Shown: positions 24,494-37,001 of the stretch, one piece after another
How the letters are laid out: the number at the start of each line of letters is the position of its first letter
Position numbering within the stretch: position 1 is the stretch's first letter
Translations under genes and position numbers: made by a program
The notes under the pieces: model-generated
The model's input: only the letters and a program-made list of their open reading frames with translations
Told to the model about the DNA's origin: nothing
The model's database searches: none
Assembly: GCA_964106915.2 (NCBI GenBank)
Contig: OZ066928.1
DNA length: 64,000 nucleotides
Direction: 5' to 3' (one strand)
Origin: Podarcis gaigeae
Taxonomy: Eukaryota

Positions 24494-24662
24494 CCGTATT
24501 TTTCGCTCTATAACACGCACCCGACCATAACACGCACATAGTTTTTAGAGGAGGAAAATCCGTAGGCATGCCGCCCGTAGGCATTTCCTTCATAACACGC
24601 ACAGACATTTCCCCTTACTTTCTAGGAGGAAAAAAGTGAGTGTTATGGTGCAAAAAATATGG
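24494..24662. mobile_element. Tc1/mariner (pogo-like) MITE
   Basis: TIRs ccgtatttttcgc / gcaaaaaatatgg; TA at 24492-24493 and 24663-24664; paralog of 15342-15510. Confidence 0.85.
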
Positions 24663-26132
24663 TAAGTCCACCAAAAGTAACAAAAATAACCAAACCCTTT
24701 GCATGTAATGTAATATGGAATGGTCCTGGCTACCAGGATTGGTTTCATTGGGCACCTGTTGAGGCCCACACACTAGCAGGGGTCCCACTGCCAATCCCTA
24801 GAGAAGTGATGGGGAGCCCATGTACTGTTGCACTGCAATTCCCATCAGCTGCAGTCAGCATTACGCAATTGTTAGGGATTGTTTGAGTTGTAGCATAGCA
24901 GCATTTGAAAGGCTACAGGCTGCCTAGTCATGCTTTACTACTTGGTTCTGCTGCCCGCATCCCAGTATATACAAATTTGTGCTTCACTCATTAATCATGG
25001 TGGGTGAATACAATTTCCATGTTCAGAGACAGCATACTTCTCAAGTCCACTGGGCAGCATAAGAACCTGTCAAGATCCAAACTGATAGCCAGGCAATCTT
25101 TCACCCTTTCTAGTCCAGGGCCAGGAAAGATCATTGGATAATTGGGACCCACAGCTAGTTATCAGAGTTAAGGCAATTTATGTGGTCTCTGTGTGCATTG
25201 TAGAGGCTCAAAGAAAACTACCTCTAGCTGAGAGAAACAAAAAGCAGAGTCTTTTCTATAGTGGCACCAATACATACTTTATGACCAGAAGGAGAAATCC
25301 CAATCAACCCCAGACACCAAGACCAAAGCCATATCTGCCCTAGAGCCTCCTGGCTCTCCTCCTCCTCCTCCTTGGTGCCATTGTCTCTCTCTGAACATGC
25401 TAGCAGTGACAGGAGGGAAGAGATTATAGCAGCATCTTCTGCTTACCTTGCACTCTCTCTTTGGGTGAATCTGGGTATTGGGTCCAGAAGAACACATTGA
25501 AGACATTGTGTCCTATCCCATCCACCCCCAAAACAACATGCGGAGCTAGTTGATCCTTCACCGTAATGATTTAACCAGCAATTTCATATTCACACATGCA
25601 GATCCTCACTACAATTCTTAAGTGATGGACACACATGTGTGAACTGGCCTGCTGTAAGGTCTTTATGTAGGAGAAATAGCTCCCAGATTTGGCTTCACTG
25701 CTCTGGGTGAGAAATAGCTAACGTTTGCTGAGTTCAGCCTCAGAAATGACATTTCTGACTTCTGTCCTTTGGGTCACTGGAGCTGCCACTGTTGGTTGTT
25801 GTTCCTTCAACATTATTCTTCCTTTCTCCCCCCGCCCCCGCCAAGAGCTTATGTACATTCTGTTTCAAGCGGAACTGAAATCAAAGTCACACACCGTGAC
25901 TCAGGCAAGATGAGAAAGACACACACTTTGGTCCTTTCATGAGATTACATGCAGGAAAAAAGAGAGTGAAGATTGCTAGGTACAGTGCACTTAGCTTAAT
26001 GGAGGATCCTTTGGGTGAATGTGAAGAACTCCCTATTGACTGGGGGATAATGCACATGACACACACATTTCAATTCTGCCCACTCTGAAAGGGACTTCTG
26101 ATGCACTGGTGCTAGAGTTGCACAGGAATGCC

Positions 26133-26535
26133 TTTGTTGTTTAGTCATCTTCGTGACCCCATGGACCAGAGCACACCAGGCACTCCTGTCTTCCACTGCC
26201 TCTCTCAGTTTGGTCAAACTCATGCTGGTAGCTTCGAGAACACTTTCCAACCATCTCGTCCTCTGTCGTCCCTTTTCCCTTGTGTCCTCAATCTTTCCCA
26301 ACATCAGAGTCTTCTCTTCTCATGAGGTGGTCAAAGTACTGGACCCTCAGCTTCAGGATCTGTCCTTCCAGTGAGCACTCAGGGCTGATTTCCTTCAGAA
26401 TGGATAGGCTTGATCTTCTTGCAGTCCATGGGACTCTCAAGAGTCTCCTCCAGCATCATAATTCAAAAGCATCAATTCTTCGGTGATCAGCCTTCTTTAT
26501 GGTCCAGCTCTCACTTCCATACATCGCTACTGGGA
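26133..26535 (-). mobile_element. BovB (RTE) LINE 3' fragment
   Basis: ORF 25996-26304 MLGKIEDTREKGRQRTRWLESVLEATSMSLTKLREAVEDRSAWCALVHGVTK is the BovB RT C-terminus; (CAA)n tail. Confidence 0.9.
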
Positions 26536-27355
26536 AATGCCAGCAGTGCAGGAATGCATAGCATGGTGCAAAAGGCTTGCTGCTGGTGGCTGCTATATTT
26601 CACACAATGTCAGTAGTAGCAAATGCCCAGTAAATGCTCCAAAGGCACAAAATGAAGTTCTAATGATGAAACTAAGCAGGTTCTGGCCCTCTAAGGGGCC
26701 CAGATGAAAGATTCCTCTGAGTAAATCATATATACTTTGCTGTGAGCTCTCTGAAGGAAGGTTGCTGTGTAAGTGTAATAAATAACAGCTAAGTGTAATG
26801 ATGGTAGGCTGCTTTTCTTTCCACAAGCAATACCTTGCACATCACTGGGTTGCCAGTATGGTGCCCATGCATTCCATGGCACCAATGAGGTCTTTCTCTA
26901 GCACCCATGGAGCTTTGAGCCCCCACAACACTCATTTCCCTCTTGGTCATAAGAACGTTACCTTTTCCTTCCTTGCAAAGTACATACAGCTGAAGGAGGA
27001 AGTTGGAAGAGTAACACTCTTTCTCACTTCCTCTTTTGCTTCCTCCCTCCAGGAATAATGGGAGTTGTAGTTCACCAACACATGGAGGACCACAGGGTCT
27101 CCAATCCTTATCTAAGCAATGCTGTGCTAGGTGGACTATCTACACTAACGACACATGAGTATCTTATCTGTTCTGAATCTTCCAAAATTCAGCTTCCTTG
27201 GATGTCCACAAGTTCTACTATAATGACAGAGGAAGGAAAACTTCTCTCTATCCACTTTCTCCATATACAGATAGGTAGCCGTGTTGGTCTGCCATAGTCA
27301 AAACAAAAAAAATTCCTTCCAGTAGCACCTTAAAGACCAACTAAGTCAGTTCTTG

Positions 27356-27393
27356 GTATGAGCTTTCGTGTGCATGCACACTTCTTCAGATAC
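27356..27393 (-). ncRNA. Minimal type I hammerhead ribozyme
   Basis: GUAU-CUGAAGA-A-GUGUG(CAUG)CACAC-GAAA-GC-UC-AUAC: CUGANGA and GAAA core, stem I GUAU/AUAC, palindromic AGCU stem III, UC cleavage site. Confidence 0.8.
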
Positions 27394-27607
27394 ACTGAAA
27401 CAGAAGTTTCCAGACCCTTCTATATAGTGAGAAGGTGGGGAGGGGTATTACTCAGAAGGGTGGTGGGAATGGGTGATTGGCAGATAGCTCATCACATAAC
27501 AGGCTCATCACAGCTATCTGCCAATCACCCATTCCCACCACCCTTCTGAGTAATACCCCTCCCCACCTTCTCACTATATAGAAGGGTCTGGAAACTTCTG
27601 TTTCAGT

Positions 27608-27645
27608 GTATCTGAAGAAGTGTGCATGCACACGAAAGCTCATAC
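27608..27645 (+). ncRNA. Minimal type I hammerhead ribozyme
   Basis: Exact inverted copy of 27356-27393; core CTGAAGA at 27612-27618, GAAA at 27634-27637; predicted cleavage 3' of C27641. Confidence 0.8.
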
Positions 27646-28656
27646 CAAGAACTGACTTAGTTGGTCTTTAAGGTGCTACTGGAAGGAATTTTTTTTGTTT
27701 TCACTTTCTCCATGCCAGGCATAATTTCATAAATTTCTATTCTGTCACCTCTTACTCACATTTTCTCTAAATTAAAAAGACCCAAATGCTGCAACTTTCC
27801 ATTTATGGAGGCTCACTCCATCCTTGTGATCATTTGGTTGTAGAGCACTATGAATTTTACATGTATAGCCTTCACCCTTCAGCCCTCTTCTCAGTTAGTT
27901 ACCATGAAGTCAGTCCATGAATCTGATTTGAGAAACAATACAATTCATTCTTTTTTAAATGTGATCATGCTTCTAAAATGGTAGCTGTGGAGTGATTGCC
28001 ACAGATAACTTGAAAGGTCCCCTCTGCATTATTCAACAGTCACCATTCCACGCAGCAGATGACATGACACTTGATGCAGAATGAGCTATCATCATCCTCA
28101 CGTTCCCCTTGAATTCACATGCCAAATCCTTTCCACGGTCCCAAGAAGTATCCAGTGACTATCACTGACTTGCTGCCGTTCCAATCACCCATCAAGTCCT
28201 TGATGTGATTCTCCTTCAATAACAATGGAAAGTATTGGATGGCACCTTTACCTTACATTTTTATGTGTTGTGAGAAAGTTTGGTTTTATATATACTGCTA
28301 TTAGGCCTGGCTCACACTGGCATCTTAAACAGGGCCTCTCCATGGTAAGAAGCCTCCGGGTGATTGTTACAGCTATTGGTTCAGACAGCTTCTATGGCTG
28401 CTGCTAAAGAAGTCATTCCGTTCCATCACCTGGGCTGCACCACCTCCAAATAGATTTTTAAAACATGCAAGTGCAGCAACTTCCATATCTGCCATTGTTG
28501 CTGGGAAGAAGTGAGGTAGTAGTGGAAGATGAGAGAGCAGGTAGGCAGGCAGGGGTCTGTGCTGCCAAAGGATTAGAAGGGAGCCTCTTTGCAGACAGCA
28601 ATAGCATTTGCCAAACTAGATAGCCAGAGACTTCCCACCAGACATAGGCTATGTAC

Positions 28657-29364
28657 CATAATTGTTTCCAAGTGTCCCTATTTTCCAGGGATAGCCCTGG
28701 AATTATGAAAGCCGTCCCAGCTTCTGATTTTATCCTGGAATGTGTCTATTTCCCCCACCATCGCCAGCACCACCAAGCTTGGGGAGGAGAATGAGCTGGT
28801 GCTTGTCCTGAGAGAAAGGCAATAGTGGCTGTGAGAAAGCATCCTGTTGCCTCTCCATGGCCTCTCCATGGCGGCCACTGCTGGCTTCTATTGAGTAGCC
28901 CATAGCAGCTTCTGGAGAGCATGTGAGGAAGGAAGAGCATGCTGCCAACGACAAGCCCTGCATGATGTGCAGGCTCTGAGGTGCAGGCAGAGGGTAGGAC
29001 AACTCTGGGCAGGAAGAAAGAGGAAGTGAAGCGCAAGGGGCCTTGATTTTCTTTTTTTTAATTTAGATTTTTGCGTCCACATCTTATATTGCGCCTTTCT
29101 AAAATTTATTTATTAATGTGTGTTTTTCTTTTTGTGTTTTTCTTACCAAAGAATAAAATGAAATCAGGATTAAGGTGTTATCTCAGGACGGTGGAGGGTG
29201 TGTATGCTGTGTCCTGTTGGTTTGGTAGTGGTAGCACTTGCCTTTTTCTGATAGGAAATGCTCTCTGGCTCTCTGTAGGGGCAACAAAAAATGGGGGCTC
29301 GAGAAGGTTCAGTTGAGGGAGTGAGAAATGTCCTTATTTTCATCTGGGGAATGTTGGAAGGCAT
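28657..29364. mobile_element. Decayed non-autonomous DNA transposon (hAT-like)
   Basis: Left end ...ttccaagtgtccctattttccaggg; right end tgtccttattttc...gaatgttggaaggcatg; degenerate TIRs, no TSD verified. Confidence 0.35.
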
Positions 29365-30114
29365 GTATTTAGGACTATTTGCTGTGTCACATTGAGGGGT
29401 TTTTTATTTTTAAAACCTGCTTATTTTAAATACTTATTTATTTTACGTATTTAGAGGCTGCTTTTTCATCTCCCCCTACCGCAAAGAAGGAAAGAAATCA
29501 GAGCAGCAGAAAATCATACAAGATACAAAGCAATCAAACTCTGGTAACATTAGAAAAATCCACAACTAACAGCATAAAAATACGATAGATCAGAGCAGGC
29601 TAATCAGATTCACCAGGACTGGGCCAGCTATACATATTTCCAACATGCGCATGGCTACCAGTTAGAAATTTATTATTAGTAGCCAAATCCTAGCTGGACT
29701 GAGTATAGTACCTATGGCGAAGTGCTTGCTGCTGTCCCATAGTTGTTTCCATGAGGTTTCCAGTAACAGATGTCCAACCCTGCCAAAGTCCCCACTTCTG
29801 AAAAGAGAGCAGAGTCTAAGAAGCCCTGTCCTCTATTGGGTTTGGTCGCCCTAGGAAAAAAGTGGGAGAGGCTATGGATCTCCGGCATAACACTTCCATT
29901 TGCATTTGTTCAGTGGAGCATTAGATCAGACTGTAAATCTACACAATTTAAATTACTCTCACAGAAGTAACCCCCCTTCTCCAAAGCCCCTCCAATGCGT
30001 GAGCTCATTAACTTCCAGATTTGGAGTTATCAACAGCAAGCTAGTTCAGTAAGATATCAGTGTGGGAGCAGGTTCATTACTCTGTAGCATTTTTTTTAAA
30101 AAAAATGTTGGCAA

Positions 30115-30900
30115 ATTGGGTCCTCCCTTAAAGAGGGCACGTGTTGCGGTGAAACCTGGCAACCAAATCCTGTGTTGTGGGTGGGGATCATTGGTTAGCC
30201 ACAACACCCAATTGGTAGGTCTCTTGATGCTGGGTTTAATCTGGCCAATGGGACACAGTCTAAATGGATTGAGGGATCTATCTATGCCCATGTACGTGAC
30301 CCAGAGCTTCCTCTTTCGGCGCATGCATTCGGAACACCCGCCCACCTCTCCCTACTTTTAGGGCTTGTGCGCTTGACCTTGCTATGCCGTTGTGTGTCAT
30401 CTGTCGTTGGGATAGGAGAACAAGGAATTTCCCCCACTTGCCTGATTGGCTGTTGCCATTTGGGTTTTGCCTGCCACATAGCAAATCGTCACAACTTGTA
30501 AGGTTGCGGATAGGCACTAGTTCAGGTGATAGGGATGGGAGAACGCTTTCACCATCTCTATGTGAAGGGTATTCTGTTAAAGGAATCCAGGGACTCGATG
30601 GTTTGGTTAACCCATGAGAGGGGGTTGTGTCCATGCCTGAGTCCAGGGGGGCATTTGGGCAGCGGGAGATAGTCCGTTCCCGGATTTCTGCTTATCCAGG
30701 TGTTCATCCTAGGCTGACCTATGCTGGTGCCATGGGTCAGCGCTACCTGCAACAGTGCAGGGAGCTAGTCGAACCACAGCCTATGCAACCACTCACTTGC
30801 TGTAATCAATTTGTGGCCTAAATTCTGCCATAAACCAAACCAAAATTTGAGTCTTGTCTGAATTTATTTAAGGGGGAGGTTAAAAGGTCTGAACACGCAA
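30115..30900 (+). mobile_element. Putative Ngaro/DIRS-type repeat, copy C
   Basis: GC-rich 786 bp in AT-rich context; GCAAA at both junctions; structured core 30379-30497; degenerate aatcaatTTGTGGCC at 30804-30818; ends CGCAA. Confidence 0.55.
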
Positions 30901-31087
30901 ACAAAATAACAAGTTAAGAAGGCAATTCTTAACAATTTAAGAAGAGGTCTGCTGTATCAGGTCAAAGGCCCATCTAGTCCATCTTCCTGTTCCTGTTCTC
31001 TCATTGGTCAATCAGATGTCCCAATGAGAAGTTTGCAAGCAGGATGTGAGTGCTTGAGATTCCTAGTACAGTAACTGGTATTCAGAA

Positions 31088-31191
31088 CAAACAAACAAAC
31101 AAAAAAATTCCTTCCAGTAGCACCTTAAAGACCAACTAAGTTAGTTCTTGGTATGAGCTTTCGTGTGCATGCACACTTCTTCAGATACCTG
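31088..31191 (-). mobile_element. 104-bp Penelope-like insertion
   Basis: Near-identical to 27300-27393; 12-bp TSD tggtattcagaa (31076-31087, 31192-31203); (GTTT)n tail on the minus strand. Confidence 0.85.
31150..31189 (-). ncRNA. Minimal hammerhead ribozyme
   Basis: GGUAU-CUGAAGA-AGUGUGCAUGCACAC-GAAAGCUC-AUACC; 5-bp stem I. Confidence 0.8.
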
Positions 31192-31418
31192 TGGTATTCA
31201 GAAACACACTGCCTTTGACTGGAGGCACAGAATAGCGATCATGGCTCCTAGCCATTGATTATCTTACCCCTCTTGACTTTGTCTAATCTTCAAGTCATTC
31301 AAGTTGGTAGCCATCACCACTTCTTGTGGGAATAAGCACTCTTCTCTGTCTGCTCTGAATCTTCTATCATTCAACTTCATTGGATGGCTCTGAGTTCTAG
31401 TAGTATGAGAGAGAGATC

Positions 31419-31581
31419 CAGTGGCGTAGCGTGGGTTGTCAGCACCCGGGGCAAGGCAAGTAATTTGCACCCCCTAACCTGTGGATTTGCGCCCCCTAAC
31501 CCGTGGATTTGCATCCCCCTAACCCCCAGATGTTGCGCCCAGTGCGGCCGGCCCCCCCTGCACCCCCACGCTACGCCACTG
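31419..31581. mobile_element. hAT MITE
   Basis: Perfect 17-bp TIR cagtggcgtagcgtggg / cccacgctacgccactg; perfect 8-bp TSD gagagatc (31411-31418, 31582-31589); internal direct repeats of ccccctaacc(c/t)gtggatttgc. Confidence 0.9.
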
Positions 31582-31749
31582 GAGAGATCTATTAATTTTC
31601 TCCATGCCATGCATAATCCTAGGCACCTCTGTCATGTCCCTCACTTACATGCCTTTAAAAACAAAATCAAAAACTAAAAAATATTGCAACCTTCCTCATA
31701 GGGAAGTTATGAGAAATATCCCTCCCTCCTTTCCTGTCCCAGCATAACT

Positions 31750-31948
31750 AGGACTATGACCTGGGAGACCAGAGTTCAAATCCACACTTGGCCATGAAGC
31801 TCACTGGGTGACAGTGGGCCGGTCACTCGCTCTTGGCCTAACCTACTTCATAGGGTTGTTGTGAGGATTAAAGGAGGTGGAGAACTTTGGAGAAAAATGT
31901 GGGCTATGAATGCAACGAATGAACAAATGAATGAATGAATGAATGAAT
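31750..31948 (+). mobile_element. MIR/CORE-like SINE with (AATG)n tail
   Basis: gacctgggagaccagagttcaaatcc...ctaacctacttcatagggttgttgtgaggattaaa; similar copy at 48110-48320. Confidence 0.7.
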
Positions 31949-34900
31949 GTGTTCAGAACAGATGCTCAAGTTTTTCCAGTTACAGTCTTTGGAGAAGATG
32001 GTTTGGCTGCAATCCAAATTCATTACTTCAAAAGGTGACCTTGGAAATCCAAATTGCATCAAGGGTGACCTGAGCCCTGTAGGCTACCTTCAGTTTTGCA
32101 CTGAGGTTCCTGATTGCTCATTTTGGAAGAGAAAATATTGAGCATTCTCCTGGGTACAAAAGGAGCCTCTTGCTGTTTGTTTGTTGCTTTGCTCCTTCCT
32201 TCTCTGTGCTGGCCTTGATATTTCTCACTTCCTTAACAACGTACCAAAGTGATGGAAAGAGTTTTGCACAGTTTCCTATGAAACTGCAAGAGCTGCTGTG
32301 CTACAGCTGAGTGGGCGGTCTGCCTCAATCAAGTAATTTGTCTCCAACAGTGACTAGGTCTATTTTGTCTCAGAAGCTTTTATCAGTTCAGAGCTACTGT
32401 GTTTTCTGGTGGTTTGGGTACTCCCCTCTCCCCTTTCACACACACATTCCCAGTTAAAATTAAAACTGTTCTTCTCTCACACACCTGGAAATTGCAGGCA
32501 AACAGGTAGAATTATTGGGAAAGGGTTTTTTTTGGGGGGGGGAGGTAATGAGGCCACCCTGAGTTGAGACAGGGCAAAGGAGTTTGTTTGTTATACCTAG
32601 ATTCTGTTTAAAGGAAAACGTATGCTGATTTTGTACTAGCTGGCTAATTATCCCATGTCTCCAGCAGGTGGAAATATTGCCCCAGCTTTTCCAAATACAT
32701 TTTGGATTCTTATTGTTGGTTTTTGTGCAAATGGCCCTCAAGCAGAACTATGTTTCTACAGCTGCTATTTCGGGGTGGCTAAAGGGTCAGGGCATTGCTA
32801 AGCCCTGCTCTACTTCCTCCAAAAACCAGAATATTTAACTGAGGCTGAGTTGAAACACCCTAAATCCCTCCAGCCCCCTCTGGAGAGGGTTTATTATTGA
32901 TTATTTTATATGAGGTGTGTGTGTGCGCACTTGTGAACAGGGGTGAAATGCCCAACCATTTCCCCAGCACTCCCAGCCACAACGGTGGTTTCTAACACTG
33001 CCCAAAACATTTTCTGTCTCTCTTTAAATGCTTGAGTGAGCAGTGCACATTTAATATGATAAGCATATTGAATCTCATAAGCAGTTAGGTAGGTAAAATT
33101 ATGTGGTGAAATCATTTATTATTACTTATTATTGTTATTTAGAGTATTTGTAACTCTCTCTTCAGCCCAATAAGCTCCCAGGGCAGCTCACATATAATCA
33201 AAACAAGATAGGCCCTACCTTCAGGCTGACAATCTAAGAAAACATGACACACAAGCAAAAATAGATGGGGAGGGAAAAGCAAAAGCAAAACTCAGACATT
33301 TGTTTCTAAACATTCATCCCTATAATGACCAGTTAAGAGACAGGAGGTGCTTGATGGAGCTAGACTCTCACACCAGGGCTGATGGAGTGAGCTTTGCTTT
33401 CCAGCTCTCAATGCCACAAAACCACAAAGCCCAACCAGAGTGAGGACAATGTTTTCTGTTATTGGTGCCAGGGCCACAAACATGCAGCAGAGGAGCAAGC
33501 AAGAGATGTGTGTATGTGAGGGGGAGGCTTTTATGAAACTTCCCACACACCAAGCCTAGGGCTGGCAAAGCTGCATTCGGTACCAAAGGTATTGACTGCA
33601 CAATCCAATTCCCAGCAGGGAACTTTCTGCGGTGATCAGTTGCATGATTTGAGTCACCCAAGGGCAACTCAGTCACTCAGACTGTCCAGCTGTGCCTCTG
33701 CCAGCCCCATACCTGATGGAGATGTGTCAGAGAATTCTGATGAAAACAAAAATAGGAGAAGAAGTTGCTGATGTTTGCTAATTTATCCCATATCTGGAGG
33801 GAAATCAGTTGTGGGAGTACCAACAGGTATTCTTCGTTGTTGTTGTCATCTTCATTATTCCTGCTGCTGCTGTTGTCAGTCCACGAACGATATGTAATTA
33901 ATTGAATCCCCTACCAGTTTGCATTGTGTTTCCTTTGCACAGAAATGCAAAGGGTGAAAAAACATACTAACAACCCAACTTATCATAACTAATGTAATTT
34001 TGTCCAAGAAGACAGCAAGACAAATAACATCACTTTTGGTGGAAGATGAACTGCAGCAGGATGGAAATGGTGCTACATGCACAGGGTGGAGCTAAGATGG
34101 ACAGGGTGGAGCTTAACCTAAAATCACATATGGCACCAGGTGTGCAGCAGGTGTTCCTGGGGTTGGGGGAAATGGCCTCATGGTTCCGATCTGGAACCAT
34201 GCTGGGGATGTGATTTGTCCCATGGGATGGAGGTTTTCCATCCCTGCATTCAGATAATGCATCTGTTCAACCCCCACCCCCTCAAACTGGTTGATAGCAA
34301 TGCTGCTTAATGTCTTAGTTAGACTAAATCCCCCTTTTATTAAATCAATTGGCATCTCAATGAGATTTGTATTTCCAACGAAAAAAGCATGATGTGGGAG
34401 AAGGGTGGAAGTACTATTTCAAGATTAGTGGCCAAGTGCAGATAGCAAACACTAATCAAGCTGGAAGCTTGCAGAAAAAGTTAATTTGTTGAATAAATTA
34501 TATGAAATGGAATGCTTCCATTAGAAATGGGGAAAAGAAGTACTCAATTTGTTAAGCAAATTACTTGCTGCAAATAACCGATTTGGCTCTGCTCCTGATG
34601 AATTGATCTAGTGGTGCTGAGTATTATGCGGACTTCACTTAATAATATTTTTTAAAAGATGAAGTGGAGAAAAGTTAAGCAATATAAGCTTTAGCCCTGG
34701 AACCCACCAGCCTCTTTGATTTTGTATAAGACAAGTGAAAGCCAGCATAACATAGTCAATTAGAGTAGCATTCTCCAACATGGCGCCCTCCAGATGTTGC
34801 TGGACTACAGTTCCCATCATCCCTCACAATTGGCAATGCTGGCTGGGGCTGATGGGAGCTGGGATTCTAAGAACTTGCTGAATCCAAAGCTACACATTGT

Positions 34901-35059
34901 ATGAACTTAAAAGAAAACCACGACTCGTTGGTGTCTGACCCCAACTAGATGGAATAATTATCCACCAATCAATATTCAATTTTGGAGATGCAGAGCTGTA
35001 AATACAAACATCTTTCATATAATTACTAAATCATTTTGGGAGTGCATTTTAACAGAAAT

Positions 35060-35340
35060 AAATAGCATCCTTGGTCAAGACCTTCCATTGATCCTGTTGT
35101 AGCAATATTTGGATATCTCCAAAGTATAATTCTGAAGGAAGATCAAGAAATGGCAGCCTATTTATTAACAGCAGAAAAAACTGAAAACTGAAAATGAATT
35201 CCTGGCTCTCTAGAATTTGCGAAGTGTCATTTATGACTAAAAGTATAAACCTATTTAGAGTGAGAGAAGGAGGTAAATAGAAGACAACTTTATTAAGGCT
35301 CTGCACTCTTTGGATTGAAACAGCTATTGGCCAGTTGCCG
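35060..35340 (+). mobile_element. Decayed L1 ORF2 C-terminal fragment
   Basis: Across a frameshift reads ...EDQEMAAYLLTA...NSWLSRICEVSFMTKSINLFR, resembling L1 ORF2 ends. Confidence 0.4.
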
Positions 35341-35344
35341 ATAC

Positions 35345-35665
35345 TCCTTTTTAGGGGAAGGTGGTGGAGAAGGCTGTAGTGAGGCAGCTGCAAACATTCT
35401 TGGAAGACACTGATTATTTAGATGGGAGAGTGGGACCATGCTTCTTCTTGATCTCTAGTCATCATTTGATACCATCAACCTCGGTGCCCTCCTGGCCCAC
35501 CTTTTGGGAATGGGAACTGGGGCACAGTATTAGAGTGGTTCCAATTCTACCTTCGGACTGAGTCCAGAGAGTACCTTTCAGCCACCTGGTGACTACATTA
35601 TGGGTTGCTATTTAATATCTCGACTGCTGTTGAATGTCTACATGAATCCATTGGAATCAGTCTTT
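35345..35665 (+). mobile_element. Decayed L2-clade RT fragment
   Basis: GKVVEKAVVRQLQTFLEDTDYLD...LLLDL, homologous to the 4520 element, with internal deletions. Confidence 0.65.
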
Positions 35666-35797
35666 AGGTGTTTCTGTTCTGACAGCGGCCAAGTGGATGT
35701 TTGAGTGAGACCCACAAGCAGGGCCTGAGTGCAACATCCCCGCTCCCCACTTGTCATTCCAAGCAATTGTTATTCAGAGGCATACTACCTCCAATAG

Positions 35798-35935
35798 TAA
35801 TAATAATAATAATAATAATAATTTTTTATTTATACCCCGCCCTCCCCAGCCAAGGCTGGGCTCAGAGCGGCTTACAAGCAATAATAAAAACAAGATGAAT
35901 GGTTACAACTTAAAAACAAAAATAGTGAAGTTGGA
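35798..35935 (-). mobile_element. L2-type 3' end with (TTA)n tail
   Basis: (AAT)n then tttatttataccccgccctccccagccaaggctgggctcagagcggctt; paralog at 63368. Confidence 0.7.
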
Positions 35936-36645
35936 ACATAGCCACCATTTACACATCTTGATAAGATGCTTCATTTGTTACTCTCTGATCATAGTGAGTG
36001 CCTTGCATATTATCCCAAGCTGGCTTTGCAAAGAGATGTATAAAAGAAGCAGAAAATGAAAGGGGGGAAAGCAAAGCATGGTGTTCAAATGTAAAATTGA
36101 TGTAAATACCCCTCAGATATCTCAAGACAGTAGGAAGGGGGGGGAGAGCTGTTTGGGCAAAACACCGTAAGATCTTTTGTAAAACAAATTGATGATAATT
36201 TATGGATTTCATGGAAAGAGAAAAACCTTAGGGGCTCTTATGAATAACTATAAGTGTGTGGTGTGTCTATGCAGAAACTGTTTTCCTCGCCATCAGTATT
36301 GAGATGAAAGCTTAGCAGATCTCCCTGATGCCTTTGCCAATCGCTTTGCACTAAAAAAAGTAGATCCAAATCTACTTGTGCTTCTTAATGCTGCAAAATC
36401 CATGCTGGAAAAGTAAAACAAATAGTCATCTTTGCATTTGCCTCCGATTACTGATGTTTTCTTTCTCCAAGGAGACCAAATTTCTGTTTCTCCCTCCAAC
36501 TTTGAAGCACTTCTATTAAATTACGGTCAAAAGGGAAAAGACCTAGTGTCAGCTATATTTATATATGTGTGTGTTGAATCAGTAGATAGACTGGTCTACT
36601 AGGCCTTAAACTTATATGGGGGAAAGATGTGTGCAGAGACATAAA

Positions 36646-37001
36646 AGGTAAAAGGTAAAGGGACCCCTGACCATTAAGTCCAGTCGTGACCAACTCTGGG
36701 GTTGTGGAGCTCATCTTGCTTTTCTGGCCGAGGGAGCCGGCATACAGCTTCCAGGTCATGTGGCCAGCATGACTAAGCCGCTTCTGGCGAACCAGAGCAG
36801 CACACGGAAACACTGTTTACCTTCCCACTGGAGCAGTACCTATTTATTTACTTGCACTTTGACGTGCTTTTGAACTGCTAGGTAGGCAGGAGCAGGGACT
36901 GAGCAACGGGAGCTCACCCTGTCATGGGGATTCGAACCACCGACCTTCTGATCGGCAAGTCTTAGACTCTGTGGTTTAACCCACAACGCCACCCGCGTCC
37001 C
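36646..37001 (-). mobile_element. Sauria (Squam1) SINE
   Basis: Full length; minus strand starts gggacgcgggtggcg, B box ggttcgaatccc, (ACCTTT)n tail; 16-bp TSD tgtgcagagacataaa (36630-36645, 37007-37022). Confidence 0.93.

Larger units (their letters stand above)
27265..27701 (-). mobile_element. Penelope-like retroelement terminal (pseudo-LTR) fragment with inverted copy
   Basis: 12-bp TSD cactttctccat (27253-27264, 27702-27713); perfect 190-bp inverted arms at 27300-27489 and 27512-27701; contains the hammerhead motif typical of PLE pseudo-LTRs. Confidence 0.85.
30940..31705 (-). mobile_element. Old CR1 3' fragment hosting two younger insertions
   Basis: Minus strand gives HTTRTQSHPMKLNDRRFRADREECLFPQEVVMATNL (CR1 C-terminus); interrupted at 31088-31191 and 31419-31581. 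Confidence 0.7.

Noticed and set aside
27305-27321. GGAAGGAATTTT in the Penelope element resembling the structured core of copies A-C
   Set aside because: No partner CCTTCC strand or P1/P3 stems on the same arm; treated as coincidence.
27358-27643. Two ORFs with identical N-termini on opposite strands
   Set aside because: Consequence of the perfect Penelope palindrome, not genes.
36303-36416. Protein-like stretch DESLADLPDAFANRFALKK...
   Set aside because: In-frame TGA directly after the nearest acceptor; unrecognised peptide; short.
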